64,000 nt of DNA from Eledone cirrhosa (lineage: Eukaryota), in assembly GCA_964016885.1 (NCBI GenBank), contig CAXHJY010000511.1, positions 95,909 to 159,908 of the forward strand, given 5' to 3'. The position numbers were made by a program, and so were the translations under genes. Shown here piece by piece: positions 30,890 through 43,685 of the stretch (positions within the stretch are counted from its first letter, which is position 1; every line of letters starts with the position of its first letter). Below the pieces are notes generated by a model. It saw nothing but the letters and a program-made list of their open reading frames with translations, was not told where the DNA came from and ran no database searches.

Positions 30890-31605
30890 AGGCAAACTAA
30901 CAGGTAGGGAAAACTATATATGCAGTAGATGTTCAGGGAAATTTAACAGTAGAAGTCGCAGTGATAGACACACTTTTCAATTGCAGATGGGATCTATAGA
31001 GGTGGTTGATAACTTTTGATACCTAGGTGATCAGATTAGCAAGGGGGGAAGGTGCTCCGAGGCCATAGTATCTAGAATTATGACGGGTTGAAAGAAGTTT
31101 AGGGAACTGCTTTCTCTGTTGACAAGGAAGGGTTTCTCCCTACGAATGAAAGGCCGGTTATATAATGCCTGTGTGAGGTGTGCAATGCTGCATGGTAGTG
31201 AGACATGGGCAGCAACTGCAGAGGATATGAAATGGCTGGAGAGAAATGAAGCAAGTATGCTCCATGATGTGCAATGTCAATGTACGTGAGCATGGATGTG
31301 TTGAGAGAGAAACTGGGTATAAGAGGGATAAGCTGTGGTGTGCAGGAGAGAAGACTGCATTGGTATGGACATGTGATGCGCATGGAGGATGTCCACTGGG
31401 TGAAGAAGTGACAAGAAATCCTGGTGGAAGGAAGACGCAGTAGAGGAAGACCACGAAAACCATAGGCAGAGGTGGTGAGAGCTGACCTCAGATTGCTGAA
31501 GCTCACAGAGGAGATGACAAAGTGGAGAAATGCTGTGCTGAATAGGACCCGTTCCACCCTTACAAGCAGGAAAAGCGGACATAAAATGATGATGATGATG
31601 ATGTA
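30890..31605 (+). mobile_element. Degenerate RTE LINE fragment
   Basis: Frameshifted RT C-terminal motifs (EVVDNF*YLGDQI, YNACVRCAMLHGSETW, RGRPRK) and a (gat)n tail. Related - strand fragments at 7735-8080 and 17440-17680. Confidence 0.7.
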
Positions 31606-31749
31606 GTATTAGTGCTGATATACAAATTCCCGTACTTCATATACAGAGCTATGTTAGAGCTAATAACCTAATTGTATTCTATCTAATGTTCTAATATCTC
31701 TGCTGGTACGCTACTCTGTTTATTAATTAATACTATTCTATTATTTCAG

Positions 31750-31830
31750 GCTAACCTGACTGGTACAATAACCTTTATGGTAGTTCCAAACAACCACCCT
31801 TACCATATCTTGTCCACAAATAACAACACA
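31750..31830 (+). CDS. PALS1: PALS1 exon 6 (PDZ end and linker)
   Basis: ttatttcag|ANLTGTITFMVVPNNHPYHILSTNNNT|gtaagt; 81 bp, phase 0/0. Confidence 0.9.
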
Positions 31831-31899
31831 GTAAGTAAACACATTTGTCTTTAGTGATCATGTTGTTGTTTTTAATCAATTTTTATTTCTTAATTTTAA

Positions 31900-32165
31900 C
31901 CCTTTAGCATTTACATTACTCTATATATTGGTAATTTCTAGAAATTTCTTTTTTTTTCTACAAATTTCATACTTGACGACCCAATATATACTATTGTATT
32001 TTCACGTTGAACACTTTATTTCACATAATATCGAATCTATGAGATTTTGATATTTATTTTGAGAACAATACCTTAACATAAGTATGAGCAGCTGGTTATG
32101 GCCAGTTTGAACAGAAAGAAGTGAGAGAATTCTGGCTGGATATGGCCGGTTTAAATGCTAAAGGG
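31900..32165. mobile_element. piggyBac-like MITE
   Basis: TTAA|CCCTTTAGCATTTA...TAAATGCTAAAGGG|TTAA. Confidence 0.8.
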
Positions 32166-32231
32166 TTAATATAGAAACAATTCAAATGATTTTTGGTGTA
32201 AAAATTCTACAAGAGTTTTGTCAATGTTTAG

Positions 32232-32434
32232 ATGTGTATTCGAGCTTTATTCAATTACGAACCTGAGGAAGATGATTATATTCCATGCCGAGAACTTGGT
32301 ATTGCATTCTTGAAAGGAGATATTCTCCATGTGATTGACCAAGAAGATAGCAATTGGTGGCAAGCTTACAAAGATAAGGAACAACGAGAAAGTGCTATGG
32401 CTGGGTTAATACCTTCAAAGAACTTTCAAGAACA
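32232..32434 (+). CDS. PALS1: PALS1 exon 7 (SH3)
   Basis: tttag|MCIRALFNYEPEEDDYIPCRELGIAFLKGDILHVIDQEDSNWWQA...AGLIPSKNFQE CA|gtaagt; a typical MAGUK SH3. Confidence 0.95.
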
Positions 32435-33507
32435 GTAAGTTTATTTAACCCTTTCATTACCATATTTCTAATGAAATATATTTTCAAGAACAGTAAATTT
32501 ATTTAACCCTTTCATTACCATATTTCTAATATACTCTCAAGAACAGTAAATTTATTTAACCCTTTAATTACCATATTTCTAATATACTCTCAAGAACAGT
32601 AAATTTATTTAACCCTTTCATTACCGTATTTCTAATGAAATATACTGCCTATGTGTTTCAATTAATGTTAAAGATAATCAAATAGTTGGAGAAATTTAAT
32701 AAAATAGCTAACTTTTTCATTAGTAAGCTGATATTTAGAACATTACTAAACAAAATTACCATATTTTTAATTAAATACACTGCCTATGTTTCAATTAATT
32801 TTGAAAATAATCAAATATTTGAAGGAATTCAATAAAATAGCCAAGGTTTTTTTTTTATTAGCAAGCTGGTATTTAAAACATTATTAAATAAAAATTATGA
32901 TCAAAAGCTTTAATATAAGTATAAACATTTTAAAATGAACAAATATATATTATACAACTATGTATGTATATATGTAAATCAGATGATTCTTTTTCATATA
33001 CCCTGTATAAAGGGTTTATGTACAAAGTGTAGACCAGGCATGGGCAACTTTTTTCGAAAAGCGGGCTGCATGAGATATAGCTCATCATCAGGTGGGCCAC
33101 AAGTGATAATTTACATTTGTGCCCACATAAAAAAAAGGGTGGTAACTTAGGTTGTTTTGATTTGTTTATTCAGAATTCGTACACTTTGTTTTCCTTGATC
33201 ATAAAAATGAAAGAAAAATAAATTACGACAGGTAAGTTGGAGTAAAAAAATCAGAAAGATTTCACTTAGGTGACTTAGACGAGCCATTCAGAAAGTTTTG
33301 CAGGCTGCAGGTTGCCCGTGACTGGTTTAGACCAAGGAAGGCCTGGGCAGAGGTGGTGAAAGCTGATCTCAAATCGCTGAGACTCACTGGGGAGATGATG
33401 ATAAAGGAATATGACGTTTGGAGAGATGCTGTGCTGTAAAGTACCCACGTGAGCATGGAAAATCAGGCATAAAAACAATGATGATGATGATGATGATTTA
33501 TTTTCAG

Positions 33508-33635
33508 GAGAGAATCTGTGAAGCAGATGCTACTTACTGATGCCAAAGAAAACAAGAAGAGTGGAAGCTGCATTTGTTCAAAAAGAAGTGCAAAAAAAAA
33601 GAAAAAAAGTCTGTACAACACAGCTGGCCAAGAAG
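33508..33635 (+). CDS. PALS1: PALS1 exon 8 (HOOK region)
   Basis: ttttcag|G + RESVKQMLLTDAKENKKSGSCICSKRSAKKKKKSLYNTAGQE G|gtatgg; phase 2/1; lysine-rich HOOK. Confidence 0.9.
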
Positions 33636-33901
33636 GTATGGTCTTTATTAGACTGAACAATATATAGTAGGGGCCATATTGTGTAGTTTTTAGACTTAAC
33701 AGTTGGTGGGACTATGTTATGTGGTTCTTAGACTTAACAGTAATTGGTGAGGACTGTGTTGTGTGGTTTTTAGACTTTACAACATTTGGTGGAGCTATGT
33801 TGTGTGGTTTTTAGGCTTAACAAGATATGGTGGGGCTATGTTGTGTGGTTTTTAGACTTAACAAGATATGGTGGGGCTATATTGTGTGGTTTTTAGACTT
33901 A

Positions 33902-34111
33902 CTGTATTTTTCGGAATATAGGAGCCGCTTTTTTTTCTCCCCAAATTTGACCCTCGAAATCAGTGTGTGTCTAAATATTTCCCACTTTTTAATTATAAAA
34001 TGTTTACATATGGTAACTACCCCAAACCTGACCTTCACCTTATAAGACGTACAGTGACTTTGAGGGTCAAAATTTGGAAAAAAAGTGTGTCTTATATTCC
34101 GAAAAATATGG
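33902..34111. mobile_element. MITE with TA target duplication (Tc1/mariner/pogo-type ends)
   Basis: TA|CTGTATTTTTCGGAATATA...TATATTCCGAAAAATATGG|TA, with long imperfect subterminal inverted repeats (aaatttgaccctc / gagggtcaaaattt). Confidence 0.75.
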
Positions 34112-34600
34112 TAACAATAATTAATGAGGCTATGTTGTGTGGTTTATTAAACATAACAATAATTGTGGAGCTGTAGTCTGTAGTAATTAGACATAATAAT
34201 AATTGGTGGGGGCTATAGTCTGTGGTAATTGGACTTAACAATTGGTGGGGGCTATGGTCTGTGGTAATTAGACTTAATGATGATAATTGGGTTTATGTTT
34301 ATGGTTATTAGAATTAGCAATAATTAGTGGCACTATGGCATTAGATTATTAGTCTGTAAGGAGAATTGTTTCTTTTGAATTTCTGTGATTGTTATTTCAA
34401 TGAAACAATGTTTCGAAGGTTTTTTTTCTTTGGAAAGTGATTGTAACGATGTGGAAAAGAATTAGATAATGAAGGTAATGTAGAGGAAGAAAATAAATAG
34501 AAATTAATATCATTGATTTATTTATAGAATTGGTTTTGTTTAATATTGTTAGGAATTTGGTGACTGACAGACGATGTATGTGTGTCTGTGTGAAGGAGAG

Positions 34601-34637
<37 letters not shown>

Positions 34638-34992
34638 ATGTGTGTGAGAGAGAGAATGTGTGTGTGAGAGAGAGAATGTGTGTGTGAGAGAGAGAATGTG
34701 TGTGTGAGAAAGATTGTGTGTGTGAGAGAGAGAGATTGTGTGTGTGAGAGAGAGAGATTGTGTGTGGGGGAGAGAGAGAGTGTGTGGGGGAGAGAGAGAG
34801 AGAGAGTGTGTATGAGAGAGAGAGAGAGAGTGTGTGGGAGAGAGAGAGAGTGTGAGGTATGTGAAAATTGTTGACTAATCTCTATTTAATGTAAGGAAAT
34901 AATATATCATCATCATCACTGTTTAACATCCATTTTTCCCTGTTAGCATGGGTTTTGCATGGACATATGTCTGTAGCTCTCAGCATATCTTC

Positions 34993-35029
<37 letters not shown>

Positions 35030-35426
35030 GTAAAGTCTGTCTTAAGCCAGAAGGCTCATTTGGCCGGTGCTTATCCTGGTTTCATGGCATGAAGCGACTG
35101 AGAGTACAAGACTCCCCCCTGGACAGGACACCAGTCCATCATAGAGTTAAACCCCCAGCTATTGCTGGTACTCATTTTCAGTTGAGTATACTGGAGCAAC
35201 GTGACATGTAGTATTTTGCTAAAGAACGCAACACAGTAATCGAACCCACGACATTATGATCGTAAGTCCAACACCCTTACCACTAGGCCACGTGCCTGCA
35301 CACACACATATATACATGTATATATATATATATTTATATATATATATACATGTATATATATATATATATATAAATAATCATTATCATCGTTTTTACATTG
35401 ACTTTGATTTTTTTTTTTTTATTCAG

Positions 35427-35588
35427 ATAATGAAGAGTTCCTCACTTATGAAGAAGTGGCCCAATACTTACCCCAACCACAGCGAAAGAGACCCATTGTC
35501 TTAATTGGGCCACCCCGGGTTGGCCGGGTCAATCTGCGTGGAAGGTTAATGGAGACTGATTATAACCGGTTTGCAGCTGCGATACCCC
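35427..35588 (+). CDS. PALS1: PALS1 exon 9 (start of GK)
   Basis: attcag|AT + NEEFLTYEEVAQY...KRPIVLIGPPRVGR...RFAAAIP C|gtgagt; phase 1/1. Confidence 0.95.
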
Positions 35589-35884
35589 GTGAGTTGTCAA
35601 ATATCTCATTTACTGTGTATAACATTAACTTGATGTAGGATTCAATGTCTGAACATATGTGTCTTGTGGTTAAAGTGTTTGTCTCATGATGGACTGGGCT
35701 GAGCAGGGCAGGGCTGTGCATTTTGTCCTTAAGCAAGGCACTTCATTTCACACTGCTCCAGTATGGTGTATGTGTGCTTGTGTGAGTGCATGTATCTATA
35801 TATGTATAGATTTAAGGTGTATATGTGTGTGAGTATATGTATGTGAGTGTATGAGTGCTTGTATCTATATATGTATATATATTT

Positions 35885-36325
35885 ATAGTGTCTTTGGCGC
35901 CAGGAAAATAGTGTCTTTGGCGCCAGGAAATAGTGTCTTTGGCGCCAGCAAAATAGTGTCTTTGATGCCAGGAAAATAGTGTCTTTGGCGCCAGGAAAAT
36001 AGTGTCTTTGACGCAAGGAAAATAGTGTATTTGGCGCCAGGAAAATAGTGTCTTTGACGCGAGGAAAATAGTGTCTTTGATGCCAGGAAAATAGTTTCTT
36101 TGGCGCCAGGAAAATAGTGATTTGATGCCAGCAAAATAGTGTCTTTGGCACCAGGAAAATAGTGTCTTTGATGCCAGCAAAATAGTGTATTTGGCGCCAG
36201 GAAAATAGTGTCTTTGACGCGAGGAAAATAGTGTCTTTGATGCCAGGAAAATAGTTTCTTTGGCGCCAGGAAAACAGTGTCTTTGGTGGCAGGAAAATAG
36301 TGTCTTTGATGCCAGGAAATATGAT
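35885..36325. repeat. 23-bp minisatellite
   Basis: Unit atagtgtctttggcgccaggaaa. Confidence 0.9.
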
Positions 36326-36355
36326 AATTAACACATTAACTATCCTCTTTCATAG

Positions 36356-36558
36356 ATACAAGTCGTACGAAGAAGCCTGGTGAGGATGATGGTAAGGACT
36401 ATCACTTTGTCACACGGGAAGCCTTTGAGAGTGACATTAACCGTAACAAGTTCCTAGAATATGGTGATTTTGAGAAGAATTATTACGGTACAAGTTTGGA
36501 ATCTGTCCGGCAAGTTATTAATTCTGGCAAAATATGTATATTGAATTTACATCCTGAG
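36356..36558 (+). CDS. PALS1: PALS1 exon 10 (GK)
   Basis: catag|AT completes His, then [20 protein letters not shown]...[15 protein letters not shown]...[11 protein letters not shown]|gtaagt; guanylate-kinase signature. Confidence 0.95.
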
Positions 36559-37267
36559 GTAAGTTCCTAGCTTTGTTGTTGTTTTTTTTTTTTGGGAGGG
36601 GGGGGGGGGTGAGAGGGGGGAGAGAGATTTGAGTTAACATGTTTCTATTATGGTGGTGGTGGCGGTGGGTTAAACATGTATCTATTGTGGTGGTGGTGGT
36701 GGTGGTGGGTTAAACATGTATCTATTGTGGTGGTGGTGGTGGCGGTGGGTTAAACATGTATCTATTGTGGTGGTGGTGGTGGTGGTGGGTTAAACATGTA
36801 TCTATTGTGGTGGTGGTGGTGGCGGTGGGTTAAACATGTATCTATTGTGGTGGTGGTGGTGGGTTAAACATGTATCTATTGTGGGGGTGATGGGTTGACC
36901 TCATGTTTTAATTGTGGTGGTGGTAGTGCCTACTAAGTTTGCCTTTCTTCTTTACAGAGTCGATAAAATAAAGTACCAGTAATGCACTGGGGTAATTGCT
37001 GGCCTTGTGCCAAAAGTAGAAACAATTATTATTATTATAAGAGCGGTGGTTTGGCAGTAGAGCATCAGAGACCATGCTTTGCAGCATAGAGTTTCGGCCC
37101 TTTACGGTCTGAATTCATATTCCGCTTGGGGGGGGGGGGGGTCGATAAAATAAAGTACCAGTAATGTACTGGGGTCGATTTAATTGACTCTTCCGACCCC
37201 CCCCCTCCCCAATATGTTTTACCTTGTGCCTAGATTAGAAACCCTCATTATTGACCTTCCATTCCAG

Positions 37268-37378
37268 GCCCTGAAGATCTTAAAACACTCTGATTTGAAA
37301 CCATATGTAGTGTTTATTCGTCCCCCAAATTTAGAGACCCTACGACACAACCTTCTAGAACAGCAACAGGAACTGACA
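37268..37378 (+). CDS. PALS1: PALS1 exon 11 (GK)
   Basis: ttccag|ALKILKHSDLKPYVVFIRPPNLETLRHNLLEQQQELT|gtaagt; phase 0/0. Confidence 0.93.
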
Positions 37379-37429
37379 GTAAGTTAACATCTCATTTTAT
37401 TTTCTCTAAACAATAAAATATATAGAAGA

Positions 37430-38035
37430 CCGGTAGTATTGGTGCCATGCTGAAATGCACCCAGTACACTCTGTAAAGTGGTAGTGCTGGTGCCATGCTG
37501 AAATGCACCCAGTACACTCTGTAAAGTGGCAGTATTGGTGCCATGCTGAAATGCACCCAGTACACTCTGTAAAGTGGTAGTGCTGGTGCCATGCTGAAAT
37601 GCACCCAGTACACTCTGTAAAGTGGCAGTACTGGTGACATGATATAATACACCCAGCACACTCTGTAAAGTGGCAGTACTAGTGACATGATATAATACAC
37701 CCAGCACACTCTGTAAAGTGGCAGTACTGGTGACATGATATAATACACCCAGCACACTCTGTAAAGTGGCAGTACTAGTGACATGATATAATACACCCAG
37801 CACACTCTGTAAAGTAGTAGTACTGGTGCCATGCTGAAATGCATCCAGTACACTCTGTAAAGTGGTTGCCATGCTGGAATACGCCCAGTATACTCTGTAA
37901 AGTGGTAGTATTGGTGACATGATATAATACACCCAGCACACTCTGTAAAGTGGCAGTACTGGTGACATGATATAATGCACCCAGTACACTCTGTAAAGTG
38001 GTAGTATTAGTGCCATGCTATAATGCATCCTGTAC
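37430..38035. repeat. 48-bp minisatellite, divergent relative of the 5017 unit (inverse orientation)
   Basis: Unit gtggcagtactggtgacatgatataatacacccagcacactctgtaaa. Confidence 0.88.
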
Positions 38036-38069
38036 ATTTGGTATGACTAATAACAGTTACACTACTGGT

Positions 38070-39292
38070 ATGACTGTTAGACTAACAGGAGTTAGACCAC
38101 TAGCTGTCACTTAACAACTGTTAGACTAGTTAGTACAACTGTTAGACTAGTTAGTTCAACTGTTATACTAGTTAGTATAACAGGAGTTAGACCACTAGCT
38201 GTCACTTAACAACTGTTAGACTAGTTAGTACAACTGTTAGACTAGTTAGTTCAACTGTTATACTAGTTAGTATAACAGGAGTTAGACCACTAGCTGTCAC
38301 TTAACAACTGTTAGACTAGTTAGTACAACTGTTAGACTAGTTAGTTCAACTGTTATACTAGTTAGTATAACAGGAGTTAGACCACTAGCTGTCACTTAAC
38401 AACTGTTAGACTAGTTAGTTCAACTGTTATACTAGTTAGTACAACTGTTATACTAGTTAGTATAACAGGAGTTAGACCACTAGCTGTCACTTAACAACTG
38501 TTAGACTAGTTAGTTCAACTGTTATACTAGTTAGTACAACTGTTATACTAGTTAGTATAACAGGAGTTAGACCACTAGCTGTCACTTAACAACTGTTAGA
38601 CTAGTTAGTTCAACTGTTATACTAGTTAGTACAACTGTTATACTAGTTAGTATAACAGGAGTTAGACCACTAGCTGTCACTTAACAACTGTTAGACTAGT
38701 TAGTTCAACTGTTATACTAGTTAGTACAACTGTTATACTAGTTAGTATAACAGGAGTTAGACCACTAGCTGTCACTTAACAACTGTTAGACTAGTTAGTT
38801 CAACTGTTATACTAGTTAGTTCAACTGTTATACTAGTTAGTATAACAGGAGTTAGACCACTAGCTGTCACTTAACAACTGTTAGACTAGTTAGTTCAACT
38901 GTTATACTAGTTAGTACAACTGTTATACTAGTTAGTATAACAGGAGTTAGACCACTAGCTGTCACTTAACAACTGTTAGACTAGTTAGTTCAACTGTTAT
39001 ACTAGTTAGTACAACTGTTATACTAGTTAGTATAACAGGAGTTAGACTAGTTAGTTCAACTGCTATACTAGTTAGTTCAACTGTTATACTAGTTAGTACA
39101 ACTGTTAGACTAGTTAGTACAACTGTTATACTAGTTAGTACAACTGTTAGACTAGTTAGTACAACTGTTAGACTAGTTAGTATAACATTAGTTGAACTAC
39201 TATCTGGTACTAACAACTGTTAGACTAGTTAGTACAACTGTTATACTAGTTAGTATAACATTAGTTAGACTACTATCTGATACTAACAACTG
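38070..39292. repeat. 95-bp higher-order repeat of 21-bp subunits
   Basis: caggagttagaccac recurs at 38181, 38371, 38561, 38751 and 38941 with intermediate copies (period 95). Subunit actgttatactagttagtaca. Confidence 0.9.
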
Positions 39293-39309
39293 TTTGTGTT
39301 ATTTTTCAG

Positions 39310-39489
39310 GAAACTCAGCTGAAAGAAATTATAGAGAGAGCCCGGGAAATGGAGGAAGTTTATGGCCATTACTTTGACTATATAATAGTGAACAGTAACC
39401 AATCTAAGACTTATGATGAACTTTTAGCTGAGATCAACCGTCTTGAAGTTGAGCCTCAATGGGTGCCACTCTCCTGGCTTGACGGATAA
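39310..39489 (+). CDS. PALS1: PALS1 terminal coding exon
   Basis: tttttcag|[29 protein letters not shown]...[18 protein letters not shown] at 39487-39489; the QWVP.SW ending is typical of p55 MAGUKs. Confidence 0.95.
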   Translation, partial: ETQLKEIIERAREMEEVYGHYFDYIIVNSNQSKTYDELLAEINRLEVEPQWVPLSWLDG

Positions 39490-39784
39490 TCACTCAACCC
39501 AGTATCCTGTGTGCCAGTGGTTGTGTATGTGTGTTCAAGTACATGTGTATGTATGAGTTTTTACATAAGAGAAAGTATATGTGTAGATATGTGTGTGTGT
39601 GTGTGTGTGTGTGACTGTCTTGTGTACATATGATATATAGAACTCACATATATACATTTTATTTACACACACACACACACATGTATATATATATGTGTGT
39701 GTGTGTATGTGTGTGCGTGTATGTATGTACATGTATGTGTATAAATACATAGGTATGTATAACCATAGCTATATAAACACACAC

Positions 39785-40897
<1,113 letters not shown>

Positions 40898-41315
40898 CAC
40901 GACATATATTTGAGTATAAGCTGCACTTTATCTATTTTTTTCTTTTTTATATTAAATATTGTAGTAAAAATTTATTGGTGCACATTATACAAAAATAAAT
41001 ATTTAACTCAAGATATTAAATCTTTTAATCTTCCTCACTGGTTGACTAAACTATAAATGTTAGTGCAGTTATTGCACAAAATACAGCTTATATTCAAATA
41101 AATCCATTATATATATATATGTATATATATATAATTGAATATAAAAGAGAGATAAACACAGATATATATATACATATATGTGTTCAAATCGTAAGGGACA
41201 TGTATGTATATATATCTGTGTTTATCTCTCTTTTATATTCAATTTACACGGCCCCAGGAAAGTTTTTTTCCTTGAGCTATTTAATTGTAAGAGACTATTT
41301 TGAGTTTCTAACTCA

Positions 41316-41374
<59 letters not shown>

Positions 41375-41707
41375 CTACCCATGTTAGCATGGAAAATGGA
41401 CGTTTTATATATATATATCATATTATATATATATTATATTATATTATATTATATATATTATATTATATGTATACATTCAAGTATTATCCAAGATTGACAA
41501 GGCATTTTTTTCTAAATTCATTCTCAGTCATTTCAACACAGTATTCAAAAATATTTTTTTTAAATGGCTTTCATCTTAAGACTGTGTTTAAAAACATTCA
41601 TATGTAATTATCAAATTTGATGATCAATTCCAGATTTTATTGTATGCTTTTATTTCTTCATAATTCTCTCTTTCTGCCATTACCTCTCTCTCTATATATA
41701 TTCTCTT

Positions 41708-41796
<89 letters not shown>

Positions 41797-41851
41797 CAAA
41801 CAGTAGAAAGGAAAAAGATATTTTAGTGAAATATCAAAACATTAATTTATT

Positions 41852-41891
<40 letters not shown>

Positions 41892-41994
41892 CTGGAAATT
41901 TTTTCCATACGGTGGTGTGTGTGTGTGCATACATTTATATTTCTAGACTAAATTAGAATTTTTAGCCTGGTAAATAAATTAGGGGTACTTCCTT

Positions 41995-42093
41995 GTACCC
42001 CTTGACAAGTTCGGCTATTTATTTACCGGGCTAAAAATTCTAATTTAGTCTAGAAATAGCCGTCGATACGCCTTGAGCTCTGCTGTTGGGGTC
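41995..42093 (+). ncRNA. Degenerate hammerhead motif, family B
   Basis: ACCCC-TTGACAA (mutated CTGACGA)-GTTCGGCTATTT...AAATAGCCGTC-GATA-CGCCTTGAGCTCTGCTGTT-GGGGT. Sister copies at 50317 and 50991 keep the intact 3' half GTC-GAA-ACGG(CT)tgagctc(AG)CCGT-C-GGGGTC. Confidence 0.55.
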
Positions 42094-42178
42094 ATACTTT
42101 TTCCTATTTACCCACTCTACTACCCTAAGTACTCTGGTGCATTATGGTCCATCTGGTTCCTTACCACAATTCCTTCGT

Positions 42179-42210
<32 letters not shown>

Positions 42211-42647
42211 CCTTTTTACTATGAAGTACATATTTACTACACATGATTGATTATTTTGAAATCCCCTGGGAACTACTTTCCACTGTGTCTCTCCCTGAAG
42301 ATTTGTTGATGAGCTGATTATATTCCATAACTAGCTCAGAATAACGGAACCTATTTAGTAAATGATTATTTCATGATATGAAATAAAATACACATTACAA
42401 CTCTTTTCACAGATCAAATACTCTCCACACTTTCAGATATTCCAAGTAGTAATCTTTCTCTTTTTATATATATGTATATTATATATACATGCTTCCATTT
42501 GTCCAATATCAGTTCCTCTTTTAGAGACCTAATAACACTTTTAATCTACCTTGCAAAATGCAATGATATTTAACACCACATATATATATATATACCAATG
42601 GAATATAACCCTATATATATATACCAATGGAATATAACCTTATATAT

Positions 42648-42843
42648 ATATAGATGAGATTCTACAGGACTAGAACTGTTTCATTCTTTAGAAATCATCA
42701 GGAATCTCTGAGATTCCTGATGATTTCTAAAGAATGAAACAGTTCTAGTCCTGTAGAATCTCATCTATATTAAAACTTTTATACTCTGCAATGTATTGAG
42801 TACCTTACTTACTGTGGTTACCTCCGACTCAACCCGGAATAAC
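42648..42843. mobile_element. Hammerhead-bearing fold-back element, family A (Penelope-like terminus?)
   Basis: Palindrome 42648-42770 centred on 42709 plus a unique tail, flanked by TA-rich repeats. Related copies at 53397-53578, 59920-60045, 61425-61550 and a degenerate one near 47686-47760. Confidence 0.65.
42710..42762 (+). ncRNA. Type I hammerhead ribozyme motif, family A (mirror copy on - strand at 42656-42708)
   Basis: GAGATTC-CTGATGA-TTTC taaa GAAT-GAA-ACAG ttctagtc CTGT-A-GAATCTC: 7-bp stem I, complete core, short stem II, 4-bp stem III, GUA cleavage triplet. Confidence 0.85.
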
Positions 42844-43075
42844 ATATATATATATATACCAATGGAATATAACCCTATATATATATACCAATGGAATATA
42901 ACCTTATATATATATATATATATATATACACACCAATGGAATATAACCTTATATATATATATATACCAATGGAATATAACCCTATATATATATATATACC
43001 AATGGAATATAACCCTATATATATATACCAATGGAATATAACCTTATATATATATATACCAATGGAATATAACCT

Positions 43076-43106
<31 letters not shown>

Positions 43107-43504
43107 CAATGGAATATAACCTTATATATATATATATAAGGTTATATTCCATTGGTAAGATGAGATAAACTCAAAATGGTATAAGCTTTAGAAATCTGTT
43201 TTTAGGTAGCAGTTCTTGATATGCTTCAGTTTTATTGGGGCATAGAAGGGGAATTCTGATATTAGATTAAGGGGTTAAATTAATTGTTGATGTTTTAGGT
43301 AATACAGTTTTATTGGAGCGTAGAAGGGGATTTTCTGATGTTAGATTAAGGGGTTAAATTAATTCTTGATATGCTTCAGGTAATACAGTTTTATTGGGTT
43401 GTAGATTAAAGGGTTAAACTAATTCTTTCTTATTATACAGTAGAGAGGACATTCTGGCAAAGAAATAAGGTTTCAGGTGTCACTTGGAAGTAGAATATCA
43501 TGGC

Positions 43505-43685
43505 TTTACTGGGTGGTGGGAAGGGTACTATTACTTAACTGGGTGGTGGGGAGGGTACTATTACTTAACTGGGTGGTGGGAAGGGTACTATTACTTAACT
43601 GGGTGGTGGGAAGGGTACTATTACTTAACTGGGTGGTGGGAAGGGTACTATTACTTAACTGGGTGGTGGAGAGGGTATTACTGTG
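43505..43685. repeat. 30-bp G-rich minisatellite
   Basis: Unit gggtggtgggaagggtactattacttaact, about 6 copies. Confidence 0.9.
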
